A stretch of DNA of 19,993 bases from positions 1 through 19,993 of the forward strand of contig JBDKSP010000086.1 in NCBI GenBank assembly GCA_039680575.1, in the 5' to 3' direction. Below, piece by piece: positions 1-8,402 of this stretch (position 1 is the first letter of the stretch; the number at the start of each line of letters is the position of its first letter). The notes under the pieces were generated by a model that saw only the letters and a program-made list of their open reading frames with translations, had not been told where the DNA came from and ran no database searches. Origin of the DNA: Armatimonadota bacterium (GTDB taxonomy: Bacteria; Armatimonadota; UBA5829; DTLH01). The translations under genes and the position numbers were made by a program.

Positions 1-111
1 CTTCAGAGCATCCCAATGCTCAGCTATGATTGTCCTTAACAGACTACTCTCATCTCCCATACTCTTATTATCGGCATGGGAGGTTTCACGCTCAAATTGA
101 GCTATATTTTC

Positions 112-657
112 CTAAGACTGAACTAAGCCAGCAGCCATAACTCCGCATAAGGACCCAAGCGCAAACAGACTACCAGGCTCAGGAACTTGTGGCAGCACTA
201 CCAGATCAAACCTGTAGCCACAGGGGTCAGCATCCACAATAGCGTGGTTAGTGCGTAATCCTGTGAGTGAAGAAGTCCAAACCACTGTGTCTTGTTGATA
301 AGGACCGAGATAAAGAGCTGTCAACTGTAGAACCAGATTCGGCTGTGTCCAATTGGTGGTATAGTCGAATGAAATAGAACCCATTAAGTGTCCTGGATCC
401 AAGGTCATATTCCACCAAGATGCCTTCTCATCAGTCGGTGCTTGCACTGATTGAGGAATAGTAAACAGTGCAGATTCACCTACCCCAGACACTTTGATGT
501 GCGTAGAACTCTGAGGTTGACCCCCAAGTCCATATGGTCCAGTAGTCTGAACGTTGCTCAACTGCGCATACCAACTGGAGTCAAGGTATGTCGCTTGAGC
601 CAGTTGACCTACCGCCAAGAGAGATAATACTGCCAGTACAAATAGAACTTTCTTCAT
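112..657 (-). CDS. PEP-CTERM sorting domain-containing secreted protein
   Basis: ATG at 657 (MKKVLFVLAVLSLLAVGQLAQA, a signal peptide) follows GGGAAGGTGAG. The C-terminus is VPEPGSLFALGSLCGVMAAGL, a PEP motif plus hydrophobic segment. The usual basic tail is missing in this frame. Confidence 0.85.
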   Translation of the reverse strand: MKKVLFVLAVLSLLAVGQLAQATYLDSSWYAQLSNVQTTGPYGLGGQPQSSTHIKVSGVGESALFTIPQSVQAPTDEKASWWNMTLDPGHLMGSISFDYTTNWTQPNLVLQLTALYLGPYQQDTVVWTSSLTGLRTNHAIVDADPCGYRFDLVVLPQVPEPGSLFALGSLCGVMAAGLVQS

Positions 658-691
658 TTTTCTCACCTTCCCATATACAAGGCAACATGCT

Positions 692-750
692 AAAAAAGCC
701 CGTCGAACTACCTTCACTGCTAAAGCAGCCCAAGTACTACGACGGGCTTT
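692..750 (-). terminator. Terminator-like long hairpin in the PEP-CTERM leader
   Basis: Perfect 11-bp stem AAAGCCCGTCG/CGACGGGCTTT (695-705/740-750), inner CTGC/GCAG stem, ending in U6 on the minus strand. Confidence 0.55.
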
Positions 751-761
751 CTATCATTGGA

Positions 762-789
762 AATATAGCACAATATGGCTGGTTGTCAA
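762..789 (-). promoter_or_regulatory. sigma70-type promoter upstream of the PEP-CTERM gene
   Basis: Minus strand reads TTGACA (789-784), 16-nt spacer, TATATT (767-762), with an extended -10 TG. Confidence 0.55.
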
Positions 790-1030
790 ATTCCAGAGAG
801 GGTTAAAGCGTCCAGGTCATGCTTGGTGAGACGGAATTTTTGTGTTGGCCGAAATGGTCCGGACAAGAGCCTCAAAGGGGTGAGAAACAGGCTGCTTCAT
901 GGATGAAATGCAGCCAAGACGATTGTTCGAAATCAAGAGTTACCAGACATGACCATAGCTTACACAACTTTATCGTTAATACGAAACTGATGGAACATAC
1001 CGGGCAAAATGGATTATTATTCATAACCTA

Positions 1031-1060
1031 TTGACAAATTAAGATAAGCTGAGCGATAAT
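1031..1060 (+). promoter_or_regulatory. sigma70-type promoter
   Basis: TTGACA (1031-1036), 18-nt spacer, GATAAT (1055-1060). Confidence 0.5.
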
Positions 1061-1065
1061 ATAGC

Positions 1066-1137
1066 GCTTCTTTTTCTCCTTTCACTACCTCAATGGAGGG
1101 GGGCTTGGCTGAGCGCCCAACAGCCAAGCTATTTTTT
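1066..1137 (+). ncRNA. Candidate ~70-nt small RNA with C/U-rich anti-SD-like 5' region
   Basis: Lies between the promoter and an intrinsic terminator (GCTTGGCTG/CAGCCAAGC, 1103-1129, then TATTTTTT). No SD-led ORF is present. Contains TTCTCCTTTC. Confidence 0.4.
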
Positions 1138-1327
1138 AGAAGGAGGCAGCCTCCGCGGCTGCCCCGAACCCTTTGGTGTCTCACAAATAGTGCTCAAACA
1201 GCGGAAATTGCCTCATTAACAGCCACGCAATTTGCTGAATTCCTCAATTCAGGGTGACATCCTTCCATGATGACGTGCTGGTTATTCAGGTTGATGTACA
1301 ATACTCATTATGAGTGAATTCTTACCT

Positions 1328-1356
1328 TTGTCAAAACGCCGGATTGCTATTATAAT
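1328..1356 (+). promoter_or_regulatory. sigma70-type promoter for pfp
   Basis: TTGTCA (1328-1333), 17-nt spacer, TATAAT (1351-1356). Confidence 0.65.
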
Positions 1357-1455
1357 ATATAGGTTATTGATTACAATGTGGTGATCACTTCTGCCCTCCG
1401 AATATCGGGGGGCGATTTACGTACGAGCATAATGGAATATAAGGAAGAATCAGCA

Positions 1456-3114
1456 ATGAGTGCAGAGATATCCGCCTTGCAAAAAGAGCGCGCAAAATAC
1501 CAGCCCAAAGTGCCTGTGGCACTGCGTTCGGGCAGCATCAAGATCAAATTGGGAGAGCCAACTGAACCTTCATCCAATCAGGACGAGATCAAACAGTTGT
1601 TTCCCAATACATATGGGCAGCCGATAGCCACAATAGTGGACGGCGATGACGGCGAGCTGAGCACGAAACCCCTCAGGATCGGCGTAGTCCTCTCCGGAGG
1701 ACAGGCACCAGGCGGACATAATGTGATCGCCGGGCTTTACGATGCCCTGAAAGCCGCGAACAAGGACAGCCGGTTGTTCGGTTTCCTGAAAGGTCCCATC
1801 GGATGCATCAGGGGGAAGTACAAAGAGCTTACCGCCGATATCATCGACAAATACCGCAATACAGGCGGGTTCGATATGATCATGAGCGGGCGCGATAAGA
1901 TCGAGAAACCTGCCGACCTCGCATCCTGCGAGCAGGTTTTTGCCGACATGAAGCTGGATGGCGTCGTAATAATCGGCGGCGACGACTCAAACACCAACGC
2001 TGCGGTACTCGCTGAGTATCTGCGGGGCAAAGGCTCCAAGACTTGTGTGGTCGGCGCGCCAAAGACCATCGACGGCGACATGAAGAACAAGTTCATAGAG
2101 GCGTCGTTCGGGTTCGATACCGCCTGCAAGACCTACTCGGAGCTTATCGGCAATATCTCGCGCGACGCAACTTCCGCCGTCAAATACTGGCACTTTATTC
2201 GGCTGATGGGCCGGTCCGCAAGCCATGTGGCACTCGAATGCGCGCTGCAGACTCATCCGAATGTGACCCTGGTCTCCGAAGAGATACAGTCGAACGGCAC
2301 AACGCTGGAGGAAGTCGTCAACTCTATAGCGGATATCGTTGTAAAACGCGCCGATGAAGGAAAGAATTACGGGATTCTGGTAGTGCCGGAAGGCCTTCCT
2401 GAGTTCATTACGGACATCAAGAAGATGATCGACGAACTGAGCGCTATATTGGGACAGGATGAAGAGTACATCCGCGACCTGCAAGACCACTGCGAACGGG
2501 TCCAGTATCTGAGCACTCAGCTCACCGACCACAGCGCGAAGGTCTATAACTCTCTGCCGGAGAATATTCAGGAAGTGCTTCTCCAGCGGGACAGCCATGG
2601 CAATGTTCCTCTCTCCCAGGTGGAGACAGAACGACTCCTGATCGATCTGGTTTCAGACCGTATCAGGCTGCTTAAGGCCAGGGGCGATACCAAAGCGAAG
2701 TTCAGCCCGCTGGCGCATTTCTTCGGCTACGAAGGACGGTGCGCTATGCCGTCGAATTTCGATGCCGACTACTGCTACTCTCTCGGATGCACGGCGGCCC
2801 AGCTCGTGAGAGCCAGGCTGACAGGTTATACAGCTTATGTCAGTAATCTGACCAAGCCGTCGGATAAATGGATTGCGGGCGGAGTACCGGTAACGATGAT
2901 GCTCTGTTTGGAAATGCGGAAGGGCAGACCCACTCCGGTTATAAAAAAGGCTCTTGTTGAACTGGACGGCGGACCTTTCAATTGCCTTAAGGTCAACCGT
3001 GATAAGTGGGCGATAGGTGATGAGTATGTCTTCCCGGGTCCGGTACAATATTTCGGCCCGGCGGAGGTATGCGACACGCCGACAAAGACATTGACGCTCG
3101 AGCATGCGGAATAG
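1456..3114 (+). CDS. pfp: Diphosphate--fructose-6-phosphate 1-phosphotransferase (PPi-dependent PFK, long clade)
   Basis: Motifs SGGQAPGGHNVI, GGDDSNT (Asp indicates PPi use), PKTIDGD, MGRSASH and FFGYEGR. ATG 1456 follows AAGGAAG. Confidence 0.95.
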   Translation: MSAEISALQKERAKYQPKVPVALRSGSIKIKLGEPTEPSSNQDEIKQLFPNTYGQPIATIVDGDDGELSTKPLRIGVVLSGGQAPGGHNVIAGLYDALKAANKDSRLFGFLKGPIGCIRGKYKELTADIIDKYRNTGGFDMIMSGRDKIEKPADLASCEQVFADMKLDGVVIIGGDDSNTNAAVLAEYLRGKGSKTCVVGAPKTIDGDMKNKFIEASFGFDTACKTYSELIGNISRDATSAVKYWHFIRLMGRSASHVALECALQTHPNVTLVSEEIQSNGTTLEEVVNSIADIVVKRADEGKNYGILVVPEGLPEFITDIKKMIDELSAILGQDEEYIRDLQDHCERVQYLSTQLTDHSAKVYNSLPENIQEVLLQRDSHGNVPLSQVETERLLIDLVSDRIRLLKARGDTKAKFSPLAHFFGYEGRCAMPSNFDADYCYSLGCTAAQLVRARLTGYTAYVSNLTKPSDKWIAGGVPVTMMLCLEMRKGRPTPVIKKALVELDGGPFNCLKVNRDKWAIGDEYVFPGPVQYFGPAEVCDTPTKTLTLEHAE

Positions 3115-3197
3115 CCGGGAATCCAGTGTTGGTTGTTCGGGATGATGTATAAATTCTCATTAAGAGTGAACTGTTACACCTGAAAATCATGAATAAG

Positions 3198-3239
3198 AAT
3201 CGGGTAGGTGGGGTCGTTACCAGCCCCACCTACCCGATT
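3198..3239. terminator. Hairpin between convergent genes, likely bidirectional terminator
   Basis: Perfect 16-bp inverted repeat AATCGGGTAGGTGGGG/CCCCACCTACCCGATT. Confidence 0.75.
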
Positions 3240-3314
3240 GTCATGTACGCCCCTGCTGTCTTATGAATACAGCAGGAGATGAGATATTATATTTCGTAAC
3301 TCAGGTCCCTGAGT

Positions 3315-4685
3315 TCAGTGTCTTCCGCCGTTCGATGCGCTCTCTCTGGTTTCCTTGTGGTTATCGTCTTCATCGGTTTCAAGCTTCGGTTCCCGGTCGA
3401 TTGTAATTTTGTGCAGCCGTCCACCTTCCAGGCATCGGACCGTAAACTTCACATTGTCGTACTCGACGGACTCACCTTCCACAGGCTGCCTGCCGAATAG
3501 GCCGAAGACGAACCCTCCGATGGTTTCGTAGTCTTCTGTCTCAGGAATGTCGATATGCATCTGATCGTTCAGGTCGCCGACATCCATTCTCGCATTTACG
3601 ATGGCGTGGTCTTCGTCAATTACTTCGATCATGCGCTCCTCTATATCGTACTCGTCCATAATATCGCCGACGATCTCTTCCAGGAGGTCTTCCAGGGTGA
3701 CGAGCCCCGCAGTACCACCGTACTCGTCACGCACGATAGCCATTTGGATCTTGCTGCGCTTGAACTCAGCCATCAGTTCGTCGATCTTCTTCGACTCAGG
3801 GATGAAATAAGCGGGCCGCATAACGGTGCGAATATCGGTGTCGTGAAGGTTCTTTGCGAGTACAGGCAGCAGATCTTTTGCGTGGACTATACCCACAATG
3901 TTATCGACATTGTCTTCATGGACCGGGATTCTGGAGTGGCCGTAGCGCATGATTACTTCCAGGAGGTCGTCCAGGCCGGCTGTGATTTCAACAGACTTCA
4001 TATCGATCCTTGGCACCATAACCTGGCGTACCACCGTATCGGTAAACTCGAAGATGGAATGGATCATCTCCTTCTCTTCCTCTTCGAGCACGCCTTCTTC
4101 TTCACCAGCCTCGACCAGCATCTTCAGCTCTTCTTCAGTTACTATCGGAGTAGAGAACCTCACTTCCCCGCCGAACGGCCTGACCAGAAGATCGCTTGCA
4201 AAACTTACGACCTTCACTGCAGGCATGGTGATGATGGAGATAAAGCTGACGACCCGCCCTAACAGTAAGGAGAGTTTTTCTGCATGCTGAAGAGCGAGGC
4301 TTTTCGGCGCAATCTCCCCGACAACGAGTGTAAAGAACCCGATTACCAGAGTGACCACAAAAACGGAGATACCCAGTGCATTATGGGAGATGATAGCAAC
4401 ATTGGTACTATGAAGAAAAGACGCGAGCCGGTTTGCCAGGGTCACCGCTCCGATAGCTGATGCCAGAAAGCCTACCAGTGTTACACCTATCTGCACAGTT
4501 GCCATAAACCTGGTCGGGTTGTCGATCAGGCTCTGGACCGTTTTTGCGGCCTGGTTGCCTTCTTCGACAAGCTGCTTGATCCGTGTCCGCCGTACCGACA
4601 CGACTGATATCTCCGCAGCCGCAAAGAATGCATTGAGTAATACTAGAACGAAAATTAGTATAATCTGACTGTAAGGATCCTCCAA
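3315..4685 (-). CDS. Hemolysin-family/CNNM protein (DUF21 TM domain + CBS pair + CorC_HlyC), probable Mg2+/Co2+ transport factor
   Basis: Motifs NAFFAAAEIS, VMVPR, GHSRIPV, DEYGGTAGLVTLEDLLEEIVGDI and ETIGGF. TTG start follows GGAGG. Confidence 0.92.
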   Translation of the reverse strand: MEDPYSQIILIFVLVLLNAFFAAAEISVVSVRRTRIKQLVEEGNQAAKTVQSLIDNPTRFMATVQIGVTLVGFLASAIGAVTLANRLASFLHSTNVAIISHNALGISVFVVTLVIGFFTLVVGEIAPKSLALQHAEKLSLLLGRVVSFISIITMPAVKVVSFASDLLVRPFGGEVRFSTPIVTEEELKMLVEAGEEEGVLEEEEKEMIHSIFEFTDTVVRQVMVPRIDMKSVEITAGLDDLLEVIMRYGHSRIPVHEDNVDNIVGIVHAKDLLPVLAKNLHDTDIRTVMRPAYFIPESKKIDELMAEFKRSKIQMAIVRDEYGGTAGLVTLEDLLEEIVGDIMDEYDIEERMIEVIDEDHAIVNARMDVGDLNDQMHIDIPETEDYETIGGFVFGLFGRQPVEGESVEYDNVKFTVRCLEGGRLHKITIDREPKLETDEDDNHKETRESASNGGRH

Positions 4686-4716
4686 GACGTAATGTCCTCC
4701 TCAATTGCTCCGGCGT

Positions 4717-5430
4717 TTACCCCAAGTGCGGTCCTATAAACATGTAGACCACAGCGGTAAGCACAGTTGCCAGAAGCGCTCCCGTTATCACTTCCCGTAG
4801 AGTGTGAATTCTGGCTTCCACACGGCTTTGTGCGACCAGTATTGCCAGTATGAATGCCATTACTGTTGCTATGAAATTCTTCGATAGAAATAAAATAGTT
4901 GTGCAAAGGAAGAATCCCAGCGCTGTATGTGCACTGACGACTCCTCCTTTCCATAGTTTACCCTTCCTGCCGGTGACCTTCCACATCGTCACAAGCACGC
5001 CAAGCAAGACTAAAGTAGTGATGATAATCGTAAGCGCATTAGGCTGCTGCAGTCCAAGGCGCTGGGATATATCAGGCCACTCTTTTCCGCCGAAAAATAA
5101 CAGGACGGCAACTATCAGCGCGTTCAGGACCGTGATCAGGACAGCACCTGCCGCAATATCCTTGGCGAATTTCGCAAGCGGATGGTAAGACTGAGTGACG
5201 AGGTCAACTACAGCTTCTATAGCCGTGTTGAACATCTCAGCTGTCAGCACCAGTGTTACCGTGAACAGGAGGATCATCATTTCCACCCTGTTCAGTTCGA
5301 ACACCAATCCCGCCAGAAGCACCAGCACCAGCACGAGGAAGTGAAACCTCATGTGCCGCTGAGTGCGGAAGACATGCGCCACGCCTTCCATAGCGTATTT
5401 AAAACCGTTCAAAGGGTTCTTAAGTCTCAT
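4717..5430 (-). CDS. dgkA: Diacylglycerol/undecaprenol kinase fused to a PAP2-like C-terminal domain
   Basis: The N-terminal half has F.YA.EG, AEMFNTAIEAVVDL and AKDIAAGAVL (DgkA). The C-terminal half has SAHT and SRVEARIH..EV..G (PAP2-like). Confidence 0.88.
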   Translation of the reverse strand: MRLKNPLNGFKYAMEGVAHVFRTQRHMRFHFLVLVLVLLAGLVFELNRVEMMILLFTVTLVLTAEMFNTAIEAVVDLVTQSYHPLAKFAKDIAAGAVLITVLNALIVAVLLFFGGKEWPDISQRLGLQQPNALTIIITTLVLLGVLVTMWKVTGRKGKLWKGGVVSAHTALGFFLCTTILFLSKNFIATVMAFILAILVAQSRVEARIHTLREVITGALLATVLTAVVYMFIGPHLG

Positions 5431-5441
5431 AATTTACTGCT

Positions 5442-5683
5442 TATAGATTTTCGGCTGATTCCTATGCTTCTTATGCTGCAGGAACGGAAGATATACAAAT
5501 ATCTGTTTATTATTCCTAACTTACAGAGTTTCAGGAGATAAAGTAACAGCCTTACAGCTATATAAAAGTTCTCTGATGTAGCTTTATCTGTTGATTTTAC
5601 ACTTATACCTGAAACTCTTCCGGAAGATTTTCGGCAACAGCCAATATATGATTGGCCGCTAATTAATCAGCCGAAAATCTATA
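5442..5683. mobile_element. MITE-like non-coding element with perfect 19-bp terminal inverted repeats
   Basis: TATAGATTTTCGGCTGATT (5442-5460) is the exact reverse complement of AATCAGCCGAAAATCTATA (5665-5683). Both ends carry TA. The interior is AT-rich with nested inverted repeats. Confidence 0.55.
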
Positions 5684-5915
5684 GTGGTGACTTTTTGGAA
5701 TGCTTGGAATCTTCAGCGCAAAAACCGCGCCCGAAGCATGCAAACAGCGTCTACGAGTTCACCGAAAGCATCAAATCCGCCTGGCGGGTGGAGCAGTTCA
5801 TCTGCAAGAGGTATTTGGGCACGCGAACATGAGACTTGATGGACCTGGGGATCCATGCCAGGTCCATTTATTATGCTTTAGGACCGCTTTTCTATCGACA
5901 TCCTCTTTTTGAAAC

Positions 5916-5948
5916 GCTGATCGCTGACGGCTGAAAGCTGATGGCTCT
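5916..5948 (+). repeat. Heptamer tandem repeat (GCTGANN) x4
   Basis: GCTGATC GCTGACG GCTGAAA GCTGATG GCTCT. Confidence 0.8.
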
Positions 5949-5950
5949 TC

Positions 5951-5987
5951 TTGACACATGATCTAGATTAACTGTATAGTTAAACTA
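5951..5987 (+). promoter_or_regulatory. Promoter with overlapping palindromic operator, likely TetR autoregulation
   Basis: TTGACA (5951-5956), 18-nt spacer, TATAGT (5975-5980). The imperfect 24-bp palindrome TAGATTAACTGTATAGTTAAACTA (5964-5987) covers the -10. Confidence 0.7.
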
Positions 5988-6009
5988 CCTAAACAAACTA
6001 CACGCAACT

Positions 6010-6657
6010 ATGAAGACCAGAAAAGACGGCGAAGCCACAAGAAACGCCATATTGGATGCGGCATGTAAAGTCTTCGGGGAAAAAGGCTTTCACAAAGCGA
6101 CCCATGCGGAGATCAGCCGCGAGGCAGGCGTCAATACTGCCCTTATAAACTTCCATTTCGGCTCGAAAGATGAGCTGTACCGCAAAGTGTGGGAGCGGGT
6201 ATCGAAAAACCTCAATGAACTCTACCCCATTGACGGCAATATCCCGGCGACTGCTCCAGCAGAGGAGCGGCTTTACGGGCATATCCGGTCGCTCTTGAAC
6301 AGGGCGCTCGACACCCGCATGGAAGGGTTCCACCGCATCCGCACAATGGAATCGATCAATCCTACCGGATTACTTGATAAAGATCGGGCAGAAAGGATGC
6401 AAAAAAGCCGGGCATACACGCTGGCGCTGGTGCGCGAACTGCTCGGACCGGATGCAACCGACCAAACGGTGGAACTCTGCGAGATGAGCGTCATCAGCCA
6501 GTGCATGGTCATCCTGCGTCCGCTTGGCTGCAAGAGCAAGAGGCTGCATCATCGTTTCAAGCACTCTGATGTCGATTCTCTCACACGGCACATTACAAAG
6601 TTCTCGCTCGCCGGTATCAACGCAATCAAAAATCGGGAAAAGGACCGCAAGCCTTGA
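6010..6657 (+). CDS. TetR/AcrR family regulator (CecR/YbiH-like C-terminus)
   Basis: N-terminal HTH ILDAACKVFGEKGF..AT..EI..EAGVN.ALINFHFGSKDELY. The C-terminal HITKFSLAGI resembles the DUF1956 type. Confidence 0.9.
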   Translation: MKTRKDGEATRNAILDAACKVFGEKGFHKATHAEISREAGVNTALINFHFGSKDELYRKVWERVSKNLNELYPIDGNIPATAPAEERLYGHIRSLLNRALDTRMEGFHRIRTMESINPTGLLDKDRAERMQKSRAYTLALVRELLGPDATDQTVELCEMSVISQCMVILRPLGCKSKRLHHRFKHSDVDSLTRHITKFSLAGINAIKNREKDRKP

Positions 6658-8402
6658 AATCATATAGAAAACTGACCGTGTATCTGAAGCCATTCTGGAT
6701 TTCAGCGCTATTGGCACCTCTCTTTATGGCGCTCGAGGTGGCGATGGACCTGTCACAGCCCAGATTGCTGCAGTCCATCATAGATATAGGGCTGCCCAAG
6801 CACAATCTTGCGTTTATAACGCACACCGGTATAGTGATGATTGTGGTTGCTATGATCGGTTTCATCGGTGGGTCCGGGTGTACCATCTTTTCGACTATCG
6901 CGGCGCTCAACTTCGGCACTGCCATCCGGGGAAAGCTCTTTGCGAAAGTAGAACAGCTCTCATTCGGAAACCTGGACAGGCTGGAGACAGGCGGGCTCAT
7001 TACAAGGATCACGAACGATGTCGACCAGGTGCAGGAAACGATGATCATGTTCCTCCGAGTCCTCGTGCGGGCACCGTTACTTACGGTCGGAAGCCTCATC
7101 ATGGCTGTTGTGACATCTCCCAAGTTGTCCCTGCTGCTTCTCGCTATTGCGCCGGTGCTGATTATTTCACTTGTGATCGTCCACCGGAAGGCTCACCCGC
7201 TTTTCACCAAACTGCAGGAGCGGCTGGACCGGGTGAACAGTATAGTGCAGGAAAACCTGGCTGGTGTGCGCGTTGTAAAGGCGTTTATCCGCTCGGATTA
7301 CGAGTGCGACCGCTTTGGAGGGGCAAACGAAGACCTGTGTGCAGAGACTGTACGGGCTTCATCTGTCGTAGCCGTAATCATGCCGGGAATGATGCTGCTT
7401 TTGAACCTTGGCATAGTCGGCGTGCTCTGGTTCGGAGGCGTCTCCGTGCACCAGGGACAGCTCCACATCGGGCAGGTCCTGGCATTTATCAGCTATCTCC
7501 TCCAGATGCTCTCCTCGCTTATGATGGTCGGTATGCTCCTGATGCGGGTAGCCCGTGCCGAAGCATCAGCCGAACGGATTGCCGAAGTTCTGGAGAGCGA
7601 ACCGGAGGTTGTGGATTCCCTGAAGGCCATTCAAGCTCCCGAACTGAAAGGCCGGGTCGTTTTCGATCATGTAGGGTTCAACTACAACGGTTCAGATGAT
7701 GCCGCTGTGCTCCGCGATGTCTCATTTACCGCCGAACCGGGCCAGACCATCGGTATCCTGGGCGCGACAGGGACGGGAAAATCGACTCTCGTGCATCTTA
7801 TCCCAAGATTATATGATGTGGCGGAGGGAAACATCCTCATCGATGGCGTGGATATACGGAATGTGACCCAGGAGTCGCTCCGGCGGCAGATAGCCATAGT
7901 TATGCAAAAGACGATCCTGTTCTCCGGCACGATTCGGGACAACCTGCGCTATGGCCGCTCTGAAGCAACGGATGAGGAAGTCGAAGAAGCCGCGCAAATG
8001 GCTCAGGCGCACGATTTTATCATGAGTTTTTCTGACGGCTATGACACTGTCCTCGGCCAGGGCGGAGTCAACCTCTCCGGCGGACAAAAGCAAAGATTAT
8101 CCATCGCAAGAGCGCTTGTCGCCCAACCGTCTATTCTTATACTCGACGACTGCACAAGCGCCATCGATATGGCGACGGAAGCGAAGATCATATCTGCACT
8201 CAACAACTGGCAGCACCGCTGTACGCGCTTTGTAATAGCCCAGCGGATCAGCGCAGTCGCCGGAGCGGACGAAATCCTGGTGATAGATAACGGCACTCTT
8301 GCCGGTAAAGGCACCCACGACGAGCTGCTGGAAAGCTGCGCCGTCTATCAGGGGATTGTGCAGTCTCAGCTCGGCAGCAAGGAGGTGGACGATGGCTGCT
8401 AA
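6654..8402 (+). CDS. ABC exporter subunit (TMD+NBD), TM287-like with degenerate catalytic residues
   Basis: Walker A GATGTGKS, signature LSGGQ, Walker B ILDD (Asp replaces Glu) and switch IAQR (Gln replaces His). The TTG start overlaps the TetR stop. Confidence 0.93.
   Translation: MKSYRKLTVYLKPFWISALLAPLFMALEVAMDLSQPRLLQSIIDIGLPKHNLAFITHTGIVMIVVAMIGFIGGSGCTIFSTIAALNFGTAIRGKLFAKVEQLSFGNLDRLETGGLITRITNDVDQVQETMIMFLRVLVRAPLLTVGSLIMAVVTSPKLSLLLLAIAPVLIISLVIVHRKAHPLFTKLQERLDRVNSIVQENLAGVRVVKAFIRSDYECDRFGGANEDLCAETVRASSVVAVIMPGMMLLLNLGIVGVLWFGGVSVHQGQLHIGQVLAFISYLLQMLSSLMMVGMLLMRVARAEASAERIAEVLESEPEVVDSLKAIQAPELKGRVVFDHVGFNYNGSDDAAVLRDVSFTAEPGQTIGILGATGTGKSTLVHLIPRLYDVAEGNILIDGVDIRNVTQESLRRQIAIVMQKTILFSGTIRDNLRYGRSEATDEEVEEAAQMAQAHDFIMSFSDGYDTVLGQGGVNLSGGQKQRLSIARALVAQPSILILDDCTSAIDMATEAKIISALNNWQHRCTRFVIAQRISAVAGADEILVIDNGTLAGKGTHDELLESCAVYQGIVQSQLGSKEVDDGC

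Noticed and set aside
588..1034. Short + strand ORFs 588-806 and 819-1034
   Set aside because: No convincing RBS or family motif. The first overlaps the PEP-CTERM start and leader.
1371..3229. Alternative-frame and antisense ORFs over pfp (e.g. 1987-2598, 2653-3105)
   Set aside because: Shadow ORFs of a well-supported gene, with no recognisable motifs.
5916..5948. Heptamer arrays as a CRISPR array
   Set aside because: 7-nt tandem units without spacers, and no cas genes in the window.
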